A stretch of 64,000 bases of DNA, from assembly GCF_041920015.1 (NCBI RefSeq), contig NZ_JAYRST010000002.1, positions 18,952 to 82,951 of the forward strand. Reading direction: 5' to 3'. This document shows positions 28,443-38,204 of this stretch, in pieces (the stretch's first letter is position 1; every line of letters begins with the position of its first letter). The translations under genes and the position numbers were made by a program. This DNA comes from Phenylobacterium sp. Lineage in GTDB: Bacteria; Pseudomonadota; Alphaproteobacteria; Caulobacterales; Caulobacteraceae. The notes beneath the pieces were generated by a model, which had not been told where the DNA came from, did no database searches, and worked only from the letters and a program-made list of their open reading frames with translations.

Positions 28443-28936
28443 CAGCGGACTCCGGCCCGGGCGCGCCGCGGCGCGGGTTCGGCGGGCCCATCGAAGAGAT
28501 CGTCGTCGAAGGTCGGGCGAGCCTGGAAGGCCGGCGCCTCGCGGCGCGGCGGCTCGCGCTGCGGGCGCGGTTCGCGCGCGGCCGACAGCAGGGAGCCGAG
28601 CCGGTGGGTCACGCGCTCGACATCGCTTTCTGAAACCGCGTCGGCGCGAGGCGTCGGGGCGCCCTGGAGCTGGCGGTCGAGCCGGGCCGTCAGGGCTCGG
28701 GCCTTTCCGATGCGGTCGGCCAGGGCGTCGTGCGCCTCGTCGGTCGCCGCGCGCAGGTCGGCCAGGCCCTGTTCGGCGCGGGCGGCGGCGGCGTCGAGCT
28801 CGGCCACGGCCTTGGCGAAGCCCTCGTGGCTTTCGCGCAGCGCCTTCAAACGCGCATTCAGGCGGTAACCCATGACCAGGGCCGCGGCCAGCAGGCCGGC
28901 GAGCATCAGGTTCATGCCGATGGCGATGGCGCTCAT
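28442..28936 (-). CDS. pflI: PflI-like flagellar positioning protein (TM + coiled coil + Pro-rich tail)
   Basis: N-terminal TM, RLNARLKALR coiled coil, Pro/Arg-rich tail; directly downstream of fliM as in Caulobacter. Confidence 0.72.
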   Translation of the reverse strand: MSAIAIGMNLMLAGLLAAALVMGYRLNARLKALRESHEGFAKAVAELDAAAARAEQGLADLRAATDEAHDALADRIGKARALTARLDRQLQGAPTPRADAVSESDVERVTHRLGSLLSAAREPRPQREPPRREAPAFQARPTFDDDLFDGPAEPAPRRARAGVR

Positions 28937-30027
28937 TTGAACCTCGAAATGGCTTTTCTGGCGTGGGGCGACAGCGGCGCCTCGACCCGCACGGCGATGT
29001 GGTGGTTGCGCCGGCCCATCCGGCCGCGGGTCAGCGGCACGGTTCCGGCGCGCAGCTCGACCTGGCTGTCGGGGGTGGCGTTGAGCAGCAGGGTGTCGCC
29101 GACCTTCAGGTCCAGCACCTGGCGCAGCGGCAATTCATGCTCGTCCAGCACCGCGCGCACGTCGAGCTGGGTGGTCCAGAGCTCGGTCGCCAGATGGCTT
29201 TCCCAGATATTGTCGCGGCCGAACTTCTCGCCCATGAACTGCTGCAGCAACATCTTGCGGATCGGTTCGAGCGTGGCGTAGGGCAGCAGCAACTCGATAC
29301 GGCCGCCGCGGTCCTCCATGTCGATGCGCAGCTTGACCAGGATGGCGGCGTTGGCCGGCCGGGCGATGGCGGCGAAGCGCGGATTGGTCTCCAGCCGGTC
29401 GAGGGTGAAGGTCACCGGGGTCAGCGGCTCGAACGCGGCGCGGGCGTCGGCCAGCACCACCTCGACCATCCGCTGGACCAGGACGCGCTCGATGGTGGTG
29501 TAGGGACGCCCCTCGATCCGCATGGCCGCCGTCCCGCGGCGCCCGCCCAGCAGCACGTCGACGATCGAATAGATCAGGTTGGAATCGACGGTCAGCAGGC
29601 CGTAGTTCTCGAGCTCCTCGGCCTTGAAGACCGAGAGGATGGCCGGCAGCGGGATCGAGTTCAGGTAGTCGCCGAAGCGGATCGACGAGATGTTGTCGAG
29701 GCTCACTTCCACGTTGTCGGAAGTGAAGTTGCGCAAGGAGGTGGTCATCAGCCGCACCAGGCGGTCGAAGACGATCTCCAGCATCGGCAGGCGTTCGTAG
29801 GACACCAGCGCCGAATTGATGATCGCCCGGATGCCCGAGCGCTCGGCCGCCTCCTCGTCGGAGAGATCGAAGCCCAGCAGGCTGTCGATCTCGTCCTGGT
29901 TCAGGATGCGCTCGGCCCCCAGCATCCCGTCGATCTTGGCGTCGTCGGGATTTGGCCAGGTGGCCGGGTCGTCGGGGTTCATCGCCCCCTGCAGCCCGCC
30001 GATGATCTGAGGTTCGTCGTCGCCCAT
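28933..30027 (-). CDS. fliM: Flagellar motor switch protein FliM
   Basis: CheY-binding LNQDEIDSLL; LLGG; RPYTTIE; ETNPRF; C-terminal SpoA domain. Confidence 0.97.
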   Translation of the reverse strand: MGDDEPQIIGGLQGAMNPDDPATWPNPDDAKIDGMLGAERILNQDEIDSLLGFDLSDEEAAERSGIRAIINSALVSYERLPMLEIVFDRLVRLMTTSLRNFTSDNVEVSLDNISSIRFGDYLNSIPLPAILSVFKAEELENYGLLTVDSNLIYSIVDVLLGGRRGTAAMRIEGRPYTTIERVLVQRMVEVVLADARAAFEPLTPVTFTLDRLETNPRFAAIARPANAAILVKLRIDMEDRGGRIELLLPYATLEPIRKMLLQQFMGEKFGRDNIWESHLATELWTTQLDVRAVLDEHELPLRQVLDLKVGDTLLLNATPDSQVELRAGTVPLTRGRMGRRNHHIAVRVEAPLSPHARKAISRFK

Positions 30028-30057
30028 GCGTCGTTCGCCGCCCGAGGCCCAAGGGCC

Positions 30058-30639
30058 TCAGTTGATCAGCATCTCCTCGATCAGCACCGCGTTCACCTTG
30101 GCCGGCGCGATCACCATGTTGACGCGCCGCTGGATCTCCATCCGAAGCTGGTAGGAGCCTTGCGAGCCTTGCAGGTCTTCCGGCCGCAGTTCGCGCAGGA
30201 AGGTCTGGAACATGTCCTGCAGCCTGGGCATGTTGGGTTCCAGGGCGTCGACCGTATCCTGATCGGGCGCCTCCAGGGTCAGCTTGAGCTTCAGGAAGGT
30301 CGTGCGGCCGTCGGCCGTCTGCATGTTCACCACGATGCTAGGCATGGTGTAGAACAGCACGCCGTCGGGGCCCTCGCGCACCTCGCCGACCGGCTTGTCG
30401 CCCTCGCCCTTCTTCTTGTCGTCCTTCTTGCGTTCCTTCTTCGCCGCCTTGCCGGCGGCCGCCTCGGGCTTGGGCTTGAGCAGGAAGAAGGCGCCGGCCC
30501 CGCCGCCGCCCAGCACCAGGGCCGCGGCGACGCCCGCGATGATCAGGATCTTCGGCGAAAGCTTCTTCTTGGGCGCGGCCTCGCCCTCCTCGCCTTCGGG
30601 GGCGTCGGCGTCGGCCTCTTTCACCTTGTCCTTGGCCAC
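30058..30639 (-). CDS. fliL: Flagellar basal body protein FliL
   Basis: KKK + TM + GGGGAGAFF; IVVNM; FLKLKL; PRLQD; DLQGSQG; GTG start with SD AAGGAG. Confidence 0.95.
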   Translation of the reverse strand: MAKDKVKEADADAPEGEEGEAAPKKKLSPKILIIAGVAAALVLGGGGAGAFFLLKPKPEAAAGKAAKKERKKDDKKKGEGDKPVGEVREGPDGVLFYTMPSIVVNMQTADGRTTFLKLKLTLEAPDQDTVDALEPNMPRLQDMFQTFLRELRPEDLQGSQGSYQLRMEIQRRVNMVIAPAKVNAVLIEEMLIN

Positions 30640-30683
30640 GCCCGCGCGCTCCTTAGAATCTATCCCCGTCTCATGACCCAGGC

Positions 30684-30716
30684 ATGGTTAAGGACAAGTT
30701 TTTAACAGGTGTTAAC
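30684..30716. promoter_or_regulatory. CtrA sites of the fliL class II promoter
   Basis: Minus-strand TTAACCAT at 30684-30691 and TTTA-N7-TTAAC at 30701-30716, in an AT-rich island. Confidence 0.7.
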
Positions 30717-30732
30717 GAGCGCGATTTTCGTG

Positions 30733-30751
30733 CCGGGCAAAAAGCGCCGGG
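30733..30751 (+). promoter_or_regulatory. ftr-like (FlbD enhancer) element upstream of flgF
   Basis: CCGGGCAAAAAGCGCCGGG resembles Caulobacter ftr elements (CGGCAAA..GCCG dyad); lies about 50 bp upstream of the sigma54 motif. Confidence 0.6.
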
Positions 30752-30799
30752 CGGCGGGCGTTAACTTTATTTCCCGCTGATTTCATTCAGCTTTCAGAC

Positions 30800-30815
30800 T
30801 GGCCCGATCCTTGCA
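30800..30815 (+). promoter_or_regulatory. sigma54 -24/-12 promoter of the flgF operon
   Basis: TGGCCC-GATCC-TTGCA matches TGGCAC-N5-TTGCA. Confidence 0.85.
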
Positions 30816-30855
30816 GCGCAGGCGGCGACGAAAACGCCGCAGGTTAAGCCTCGCC

Positions 30856-31593
30856 ATGGACAACGCCCTCTACGTCGGACTCTCGCGCCAGATGACCCTG
30901 CGCCGAGAACTCGACATCGTGGCCAACAACATCGCGAACATGGACACCACCGGCTTCAAGGTCGAAAACCTGATGGTCGAGACCGAGCCGGCCGCCCCCG
31001 CCCACACGGCCGGCGCGCCGCGGCCGGTGAAGTTCGTGATCGACCGCAGCGTCGGGCGCGATTTCGGCCAGGGCGTGCTGCGCTCCACCGGCGCGACCTT
31101 CGACCTCGGCATCCAGGGCGACGGGTTCTTCCGCGTGCGCACCGCGGACGGCGAGCAGTTCACCCGCGACGGCCGCTTCCACATGGACGGCGACGGGCGC
31201 CTGGTCACCGAGGACGGCGCGGCCCTGCTGGACGAAGGCGGCGGCGACATCGTCATCGACCCCAAGCTCGGCCCGGTCAGCATCGCCAAGGACGGGGTGG
31301 TGAGCCAGGGTCAGGAGCGGCTGGGCAAGGTCGGCCTCTTCCAGTTCCAGGAGCTGTCGGTGCTGGAGAAGGTCGGCGAGAACCGCTTCCGCAACAGCTC
31401 CAACGCCCAGCCCATCCCGGCCACGGAGTCGGTGATCCAGCAGGGGATGCTGGAAGGCTCCAACGTCAAGCCGATCTCGGAAGTCACCCGGATGATCGAG
31501 ATCACCCGCGCCTATGAGTCCATCACCAAGATGATGGACGCCAACGCCGAACTCTCCCGCCGCTCGGTCGAGCGGATGGGCAAGGTGAACTAA
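30856..31593 (+). CDS. flgF: Flagellar rod protein FlgF
   Basis: MDNALYVGLSRQM, ANNIANMDTTGFK, TRDGRF and LEGSNV motifs. Confidence 0.95.
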   Translation: MDNALYVGLSRQMTLRRELDIVANNIANMDTTGFKVENLMVETEPAAPAHTAGAPRPVKFVIDRSVGRDFGQGVLRSTGATFDLGIQGDGFFRVRTADGEQFTRDGRFHMDGDGRLVTEDGAALLDEGGGDIVIDPKLGPVSIAKDGVVSQGQERLGKVGLFQFQELSVLEKVGENRFRNSSNAQPIPATESVIQQGMLEGSNVKPISEVTRMIEITRAYESITKMMDANAELSRRSVERMGKVN

Positions 31594-31607
31594 GGAAGAG
31601 CTGACCG

Positions 31608-32396
31608 ATGCAAGCGCTCCGCACCGCCGCGACGGGCATGGCCGCCCAGCAGTTGAACGTCGATGTGATCTCCAACAACATCGCCAACATGAACACCGTC
31701 GGCTTCAAGAAGCAGCGGGCGGAGTTCCAGGACCTGCTCTACCAGACCATCGAACGGGCCGGCGCGCAGTCGTCCGACCAGGGCAATGTGGTGCCGACCG
31801 GCGTGCAGGTGGGCGGCGGTGTCAAGACCGGCTCGGTCTACCGCATCACCGAACAGGGCAACATGACCGCCACCGGCGGCAAGTTCGACGTGGCGATCAC
31901 CGGCCGCGGCTTCTTCCAGGTGATGATGCCGGACGGGACCATCGCCTACACCCGCGCCGGCAACTTCTCGCCCAACAATCAGGGCCAGCTCGTCACCGAG
32001 GACGGCTATCTGATCGAACCGGCGATCACCATTCCGGAAGACGCCACCGACATCTCGATCTCCAAGTCGGGCCAGGTCCAGGCGATCCGCCCGGGCCAGA
32101 CCCAGCCGGAGGTGGTGGGCAATATCGAGCTGGCCACCTTCGTCAACGAGGCGGGCCTGGACGCCATCGGCGACAACCTCCTGAAGGAAAGCGCCGCCTC
32201 GGGCGCGCCCACCGTCGCTGCCCCAGGCATCGACGGGACCGGCACGCTGAACCAGGGCTATACCGAAGCCTCCAACGTCGATGCGGTGAGCGAGATCACC
32301 GCCCTGATCGTGGCCCAGCGCGCCTATGAGATGAACTCCAAGGTCATCACCTCGGCCGACGAGATGCTGCGCACCGCCAGCAACATCCGGTCATGA
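31608..32396 (+). CDS. flgG: Flagellar distal rod protein FlgG
   Basis: ISNNIANMNTVGFKKQRAEFQDLLYQ, YTRAGNF and QRAYEMNSK motifs. Confidence 0.97.
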   Translation: MQALRTAATGMAAQQLNVDVISNNIANMNTVGFKKQRAEFQDLLYQTIERAGAQSSDQGNVVPTGVQVGGGVKTGSVYRITEQGNMTATGGKFDVAITGRGFFQVMMPDGTIAYTRAGNFSPNNQGQLVTEDGYLIEPAITIPEDATDISISKSGQVQAIRPGQTQPEVVGNIELATFVNEAGLDAIGDNLLKESAASGAPTVAAPGIDGTGTLNQGYTEASNVDAVSEITALIVAQRAYEMNSKVITSADEMLRTASNIRS

Positions 32397-33142
32397 TCAT
32401 GAAGCGCCTGCTGATCGCCACCGCCGCGGCCCTGATCGCCGCCCCCGCCCTGGCCGGCACGCCGGTGGTCCTCAAGGCCGAGCCGCTCGACAGCGACGGC
32501 GTGATCACGCTGGGCGACCTATTCGAAGGCGCGGGCGCGGCCGGCAAGGTCCCGGTCGCCGCCAAGCCGGGGGCTTCGGCGGTGCTGGACGCCGCAGCCG
32601 TGCAGGGCGCGGCGCGCCGGGCGGGCCTGGACTGGGCCAACGCCGAGGGCTTTCGCCGGATCGTGGTCCGCGGCGCGCCGAGCGCCGCCGTCGCAGCGGC
32701 CGGCGTCTCGCGCGTCAATGTCGAGGTGCTGACCTACGCCCGCAGCCTGGCGGCCGGCGAGATCGTCCAGCCGCAGGACCTCGTCTGGGCCAAGGTCGCA
32801 GCCGCGCCGGCCGACGCGCCCGGCGACGCCGAGATGGTGATCGGGCTGGCGGCGCGCCGCCCGCTGCGCGCAGGCGCGGCCGTCTCGGCCCGCGACGTCT
32901 CCGCTCCCCAGGTCATCAAGGCAGGCGAGATGATCACCGTCCTCTACGAGAACGACGGGATCTCTCTGGCCCTCCAGGCCAAGGCGATGGCCGGCGCGGC
33001 GCTGGGCGACAGCTTCGCCGTCCAGAACACCGCCTCGAAGAAGGTCATCTCGGCCGTGGCCAGCGGCCCCGGTCAGGCCTTGGTCGGCCCCGCCGCCGAC
33101 CAGATGCGGGCCCTGCCCCGCGCCCAGTACGCGCTTCGTTAG
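32393..33142 (+). CDS. flgA: Flagellar P-ring assembly chaperone FlgA
   Basis: Signal peptide, ITLGDLF, SAF-like domain, VIKAGEMI...QNTASKK; lies between flgG and flgH. Confidence 0.9.
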   Translation: MIMKRLLIATAAALIAAPALAGTPVVLKAEPLDSDGVITLGDLFEGAGAAGKVPVAAKPGASAVLDAAAVQGAARRAGLDWANAEGFRRIVVRGAPSAAVAAAGVSRVNVEVLTYARSLAAGEIVQPQDLVWAKVAAAPADAPGDAEMVIGLAARRPLRAGAAVSARDVSAPQVIKAGEMITVLYENDGISLALQAKAMAGAALGDSFAVQNTASKKVISAVASGPGQALVGPAADQMRALPRAQYALR

Positions 33143-33153
33143 GGAAAACGCCC

Positions 33154-33885
33154 ATGCGCCTCTCGCTTCTCGCCGTCCTCGCCCTGGCCCCGCTGGCCGC
33201 CTGCTCGACCGTCAAGGAGGCGGTGAAGGGGCCCGAGCTCGCGCCGGTCGGCTATCCGGCCCAACTCGTCGCCCGCGAAGCGCCGAGCTTCGTCTCGGCG
33301 CGCGAGCCGACCCCGACGCCGGCCTCGGCCAATTCGCTGTGGCGGACCGGCGCGCGCGCCTTCTTCATCGACCAGCGCGCCAACCGGGTGGGCGACATCC
33401 TGACCGTCCAGATCGACATCGACGACTCGGCCCAGACCAAGAACACCTCGACCAGCAGCCGCAGCTCGGGGGTGCAGGCTGGCGTCGACAACTTCTTCGG
33501 CCTGGAATCGAGCCTCGGCCGCTTTTTCCCCGGCGGGTTCGACCCCGCCAACGCGATCAACACCAACTCGACCTCGAACAACACCGGGACGGGCGCGGTC
33601 ACCCGTTCGGAGAAGATCTCCCTGACCATCGCCGCGGTGGTCACCAACGTCCTGCCGAACGGCAACATGGTGATCCAGGGCACCCAGGAGGTCCGCACCA
33701 ACGCCGAGCTGCGCCAGCTCACCGTCGCCGGCATCGTGCGGCCGGAGGACATCTCCTCGGCCAACACCATCCGCCACACCCAGATCGCCGAGGCGCGGAT
33801 CAGCTATGGCGGCCGCGGCGACATCAGCCGGGTGCAGAAAGTGCCGGGCGGCCAATCGCTGGTGGAGCGGTTCCAGCCGTTCTGA
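33154..33885 (+). CDS. flgH: Flagellar L-ring lipoprotein FlgH
   Basis: Lipobox LAAC; DQRANRVGDILTV, VLPNGNM, GIVRPEDI and IAEARISYGG motifs. Confidence 0.97.
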   Translation: MRLSLLAVLALAPLAACSTVKEAVKGPELAPVGYPAQLVAREAPSFVSAREPTPTPASANSLWRTGARAFFIDQRANRVGDILTVQIDIDDSAQTKNTSTSSRSSGVQAGVDNFFGLESSLGRFFPGGFDPANAINTNSTSNNTGTGAVTRSEKISLTIAAVVTNVLPNGNMVIQGTQEVRTNAELRQLTVAGIVRPEDISSANTIRHTQIAEARISYGGRGDISRVQKVPGGQSLVERFQPF

Positions 33886-33906
33886 GCCGGTGCTAGCTTG
33901 GCCGGC

Positions 33907-34419
33907 ATGAAGCCTGCCGCCGCCCTCCTGCTCGCCCTGATCGCCGCCGCCGCCCAGACCCCCGCTCGAGCCCAGGCTCCCGAGCGGGTCTGGAGCGTGG
34001 AGACGCCGAAGGACGCCGAGGCGGCGCTGCACTTCGGCGCGCCGGACACCGACGACCAGCCGATCGCCTTTTTCTGCACGCGCAAGTCGGGGCAGGTGAA
34101 GGTCGTCGCCGACCTTTCGGCGCAACTGGGCGTGGATCAGGTCGGAGGCGCCTGGGTGGACAAGGCCGGCGTGCGCGAACCCTGGCCGATGAGCGTCGTC
34201 CTCACCTCGCAGGCTGCGTCGCTGAATCTGCGCGGTCAGGGCCGCGTCAACGAGATCACCGGCGGAACGACGGCCACAGCCGAGTTTTCAACCCTTGCGC
34301 CCTTCGCCGCCGCCTTCCGCAAGAGCGGCGCGATCACTCTGAACGCGATCGGCGAGACGCTTCAGCCACCGCCGGCGCCCAAGGGCCAGGTTCGGAAATT
34401 CCTCGGGGCCTGCAAGTAG
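33907..34419 (+). CDS. Secreted hypothetical protein with two Cys
   Basis: Signal peptide MKPAAALLLALIAAAA; FGAPDTDD..IAFFC; C-terminal FLGACK. Confidence 0.7.
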   Translation: MKPAAALLLALIAAAAQTPARAQAPERVWSVETPKDAEAALHFGAPDTDDQPIAFFCTRKSGQVKVVADLSAQLGVDQVGGAWVDKAGVREPWPMSVVLTSQAASLNLRGQGRVNEITGGTTATAEFSTLAPFAAAFRKSGAITLNAIGETLQPPPAPKGQVRKFLGACK

Positions 34420-34422
34420 GCT

Positions 34423-36342
34423 TCAGGCGCGCCGGCCCGCGGCTGCGGCGTTGTCGACGCCCAAGGCGGAAAGCGCGCCGGCCACGATCCCTTCGGCGTC
34501 GAGCCCCGCCTCGGCGTACATCGCCTCCGGCTTGCCCTGGTCCTGGAAGACGTCGGGCAGGGCGAGAGTCCGCACCTTCAGACCGCGGTCGAGGGCGCCG
34601 TGCTGGGCCAGCGCCTGGAGTACGAAGGCGCCGAAGCCTCCCATGGCGCCTTCTTCCACCGTGATCAGGGCCTCGTGCTCGCGCGCCAGGCGCAGGACGA
34701 GCTCGATGTCGAGCGGCTTGGCGAAGCGGGCGTCGGCGACGGTGGCGGCCAGGCCGCGGGCGGCCAGCATGTCGGCCGCCTTGAGGCTATCGGCCAGGCG
34801 CGTGCCGAACGACAGGATGGCGACGGCCGAGCCTTCGCGCACGATGCGGCCCTTGCCGATCTCCAGCGGCTCGGCGATGTCCGGGATCGCCACGCCCGTC
34901 CCCTCGCCGCGCGGATAGCGGAAGGCCGAGGGGCGGTCGTCGATGGCCACGGCGGTCGCGACCATGCGCGCCAGCTCGGCTTCGTCGGCCGCCGCCATCA
35001 GCACCATGCCCGGCAAGGCGCCCATGAACCCGATGTCGAAGGAGCCCGCGTGGGTCGCGCCGTCGGCCCCGACCAGGCCGGCGCGGTCCATGGCGAAACG
35101 CACCGGCAGGCCCTGGATCGCCACGTCATGGACGACCTGGTCGTAACCACGCTGGAGGAAGGTCGAATAGATCGCGCAGAACGGCTTCATCCCGTCGGCG
35201 GCCAGCCCCGCGGCGAAGGTCACCGCATGCTGCTCGGCGATGCCGACATCGAACATGCGGTCGGGGAAGCGCTTGGCGAACAGGTCGAGGCCCGTACCGG
35301 AATCCATCGCCGCGGTGACGCCGATGATCTTCGGGTCCTTCTCAGCCTGCTTGATGAGTTCCTGGGCGAAGACCTTGGTGTAGGTCGGGGCGGCCGGCGC
35401 AGCCTTGGCCTGCTGGCCGGTGATGACGTCGAACTTGGCCACCGCATGCAGCTTGTCGGCCGCGCTTTCGGCCGGGGCGTAGCCCTTGCCCTTCTGGGTG
35501 ACCACATGGACCAGGACCGGCTTGTCCTTGATCTCGCGGACGTTGCGCAGCACCGCGGTCAGGGCGTCGAGGTCGTGCCCGTCGATCGGCCCGACATAGT
35601 AGAAGCCCAGTTCCTCGAACATGGTGCCGCCGGTGACCATGCCGCGGGCGTATTCCTCGGCCTTGCGGGCGGCCTCCTGCAGCGGCCGGGGCAGCACCTT
35701 GGCCACCGACTTGCCGAGGTTGCGCAGCGACTGATAGCCGCCGCCCGACACCACGCGGGCGAGATAGGCGCTCATCCCGCCCACCGGCGGGGCGATCGAC
35801 ATGTCGTTGTCGTTGAGGATGACCGTGAGCTGGCCGCGAGTGGTGTGGCAGGCGTTGTTCATGGCCTCGTAGGCCATGCCCGCGCTCATCGAGCCGTCGC
35901 CGATCACGGCCACCACGCTGTTGGAGCGGCCGGCGGCGTCGCGCGCGGCGGCGAAGCCGAGGGCGGCGCTGATCGAGGTCGCCGCATGCGCCGCGCCGAA
36001 CGGGTCGTATTCGCTCTCGCTGCGCTTGGTGAAGCCCGACAGCCCGCCCGCCTGGCGCAGGGTGCGGATGCGGTCGCGGCGGCCGGTCAGGATCTTGTGC
36101 GGATAGGCCTGGTGGCCGACGTCCCAGATCAGGATATCTTCCGGCGTCTCGAAGACATGATGCAGCGCGACAGTCAGCTCGACGACGCCGAGGCCGGCGC
36201 CGAAGTGTCCGCCGGTCTGCGATACAACATCGATCATCTCCGCGCGCAGTTCATCGGCGAGCTGGCGCAGTTCAGCGGTGCTGAATCCACGCATGTCACG
36301 TGGGTGTTTGACCTTGTCGAGCAGCGGAGTGACGGGAGCCAT
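34423..36342 (-). CDS. dxs: 1-deoxy-D-xylulose-5-phosphate synthase
   Basis: [24 protein letters not shown]...[18 protein letters not shown] and DRAG motifs. Confidence 0.98.
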   Translation of the reverse strand: MAPVTPLLDKVKHPRDMRGFSTAELRQLADELRAEMIDVVSQTGGHFGAGLGVVELTVALHHVFETPEDILIWDVGHQAYPHKILTGRRDRIRTLRQAGGLSGFTKRSESEYDPFGAAHAATSISAALGFAAARDAAGRSNSVVAVIGDGSMSAGMAYEAMNNACHTTRGQLTVILNDNDMSIAPPVGGMSAYLARVVSGGGYQSLRNLGKSVAKVLPRPLQEAARKAEEYARGMVTGGTMFEELGFYYVGPIDGHDLDALTAVLRNVREIKDKPVLVHVVTQKGKGYAPAESAADKLHAVAKFDVITGQQAKAAPAAPTYTKVFAQELIKQAEKDPKIIGVTAAMDSGTGLDLFAKRFPDRMFDVGIAEQHAVTFAAGLAADGMKPFCAIYSTFLQRGYDQVVHDVAIQGLPVRFAMDRAGLVGADGATHAGSFDIGFMGALPGMVLMAAADEAELARMVATAVAIDDRPSAFRYPRGEGTGVAIPDIAEPLEIGKGRIVREGSAVAILSFGTRLADSLKAADMLAARGLAATVADARFAKPLDIELVLRLAREHEALITVEEGAMGGFGAFVLQALAQHGALDRGLKVRTLALPDVFQDQGKPEAMYAEAGLDAEGIVAGALSALGVDNAAAAGRRA

Positions 36343-36361
36343 ATTGTCGGGTTTTCTTGAA

Positions 36362-37240
36362 CTAGTTTCGGCGATCTAGCACGAAATCGACGCTCGCCCG
36401 CAGGAAATCCGCGCGCGGGCCGAACGGATCCAGGTGAGCCTTGGTCTGCTCCTTGAGCACTGCAAGCCGCTGGCGGGCCGCATCGGCCCCCAGAAGCGTG
36501 ACGTAGTTGGCCTTGCCCCGCTCGGCGTCCTTGCCGACCTTCTTGCCCATCGCCTCGCTGTCGCCCTCGGCGTCGAGCAGGTCGTCGACGATCTGGTAGG
36601 CGAGCCCGATGTCCTGGGCGAACCCCATCAGGGCGTGGCGCTCGGCCTCGCCGGCGCGGGCCATGATCAGCGGCAGCTCGAAGGAGACGGCGATCAGGGC
36701 GCCGGTCTTCAGCCGCTGCATCCGCGCCACCGCGCCCAGGTCGTCGCGCACGCCCAGCATGTCGATCATCTGGCCGCCGCACATGCCCCGCGCGCCCGAG
36801 GCCTGGGCGAGCTTCAGCACGAGCTCGGCGCGTACCGCTCCATCGCGATGGGTGTCGGGATCGGCCAGGATCTCGAAGGCCATGGTCTGCAGGGAATCGC
36901 CGGCCAGGACGGCGGTCGCCTCGTCATAGGCCTTGTGCACGGTCGGCCGTCCGCGCCGCATGTCGTCGTCGTCCATGCAGGGCAGGTCGTCGTGGATCAG
37001 GCTGTAGGCCTGGATGCATTCCAGGGCGCAGGCCGCGCGCAGCACCGGCCGGTCGTCCAGGTCGAACATGCGGCCGGTCTCGATGGCGAAGAAGGTGCGC
37101 AGGCGCTTTCCCGGGCCCAGGGCGGCGTAGCGCATCGCCTCGGTCAGCCGCTGCTCGGGCCCCTCGGCGCGCGGCAGCAGCTCGTCCAGAGCCACCGTGA
37201 CGAGGTCGGCGGCTTCGGCGACGCGGGCGGCCATCTCCAT
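36362..37240 (-). CDS. ispA: Farnesyl diphosphate synthase / polyprenyl synthetase
   Basis: [28 protein letters not shown] and QIVDDLLD motifs; xseB-ispA-dxs gene order. Confidence 0.95.
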   Translation of the reverse strand: MEMAARVAEAADLVTVALDELLPRAEGPEQRLTEAMRYAALGPGKRLRTFFAIETGRMFDLDDRPVLRAACALECIQAYSLIHDDLPCMDDDDMRRGRPTVHKAYDEATAVLAGDSLQTMAFEILADPDTHRDGAVRAELVLKLAQASGARGMCGGQMIDMLGVRDDLGAVARMQRLKTGALIAVSFELPLIMARAGEAERHALMGFAQDIGLAYQIVDDLLDAEGDSEAMGKKVGKDAERGKANYVTLLGADAARQRLAVLKEQTKAHLDPFGPRADFLRASVDFVLDRRN

Positions 37241-37241
37241 G

Positions 37242-37484
37242 TCAGTTGAACTCGGCCGGCTCGACGCCCGCCTGCCCGTTCTGACCGACCACGATCTTCT
37301 CGACCCGCAGGCGCGCAGCCTCCAGGCGCTTTTCGCAATGGGCCTTCAGCAGGGCCCCGCGCTCGTAGAGCGCGATGGACTGTTCCAGGGGCGCCTGGCC
37401 GGATTCGAGCTGGCCGACGATACGTTCCAGCTCGGCCAGGGCCTGTTCGAAGGAGAGCGCGTCAATGTCGGCGGCGTCGGCCAT
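37242..37484 (-). CDS. xseB: Exodeoxyribonuclease VII small subunit
   Basis: [31 protein letters not shown]. Confidence 0.96.
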   Translation of the reverse strand: MADAADIDALSFEQALAELERIVGQLESGQAPLEQSIALYERGALLKAHCEKRLEAARLRVEKIVVGQNGQAGVEPAEFN

Positions 37485-37550
37485 GCTTTTGGATTCCTCG
37501 AAAGCGGGCAGGTTAGTGACCGGGGGCGCCCCCGGCAATGCGGCAAGTCC

Positions 37551-38168
37551 CTAACGCCGCTCGTAGCGCCGGGTCGACCAGTACTTCCAGCCCTGGTTGG
37601 CCGTCAGGCGCCAGCCGCGCCGCCGCAGGGCGCGCCCGACCATGAAGTTGAAGAAGCCGTGCGCCAGCACCACCACGTCGCGCCCCTCGCTGGCCAGTTG
37701 CACGATCATGTCGGCCGCCTGCTCGGCGCGCGCCTCGGCCTCGCGCCGGGTTTCCTGGCCTTCGTGATGGTTGAAGAACCACCACCAGACCCGAGCGATG
37801 AAGCCCCAGAACTTGGGCGACATCTTCACGAAGCGCGGCCAGTGCGGCGGGGGCAGCGGCGCCTCCACGAACAGGGGCGTGCGCGAGAACTCGCGGCCGG
37901 CGGCCAGGGCCAGGGCGCTTTCGATGGAACGGTTGCGGACCGAGGAGATGATGACGCCGGCGCGGGCGGTCTGCTCGATCAGGGTCGCCGGCGGCTGCTG
38001 GCCCGGCCGGATGCCGAGCTGCTCGTAGCGGCTCCAGTATTCGCGATAGCCGTGGGCGTTCAGCATCACCTTGCGGTGGATGTCCGGCTCCCCATGCCGC
38101 GCGAGCACGATGGCCCCGGAGCGCATGCTGCCGGTTTTCGGGAGGTCGGCGGTCAAAGCGTCGGCCAT
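37551..38168 (-). CDS. Histidine phosphatase (phosphoglycerate mutase-like) family protein
   Basis: LARHGEP, SS..RS and VLAHG motifs. Confidence 0.85.
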   Translation of the reverse strand: MADALTADLPKTGSMRSGAIVLARHGEPDIHRKVMLNAHGYREYWSRYEQLGIRPGQQPPATLIEQTARAGVIISSVRNRSIESALALAAGREFSRTPLFVEAPLPPPHWPRFVKMSPKFWGFIARVWWWFFNHHEGQETRREAEARAEQAADMIVQLASEGRDVVVLAHGFFNFMVGRALRRRGWRLTANQGWKYWSTRRYERR

Positions 38169-38204
38169 TTCGTCTGAAGGCCGGAACGCGCGCCGACCTC
38201 GCCC

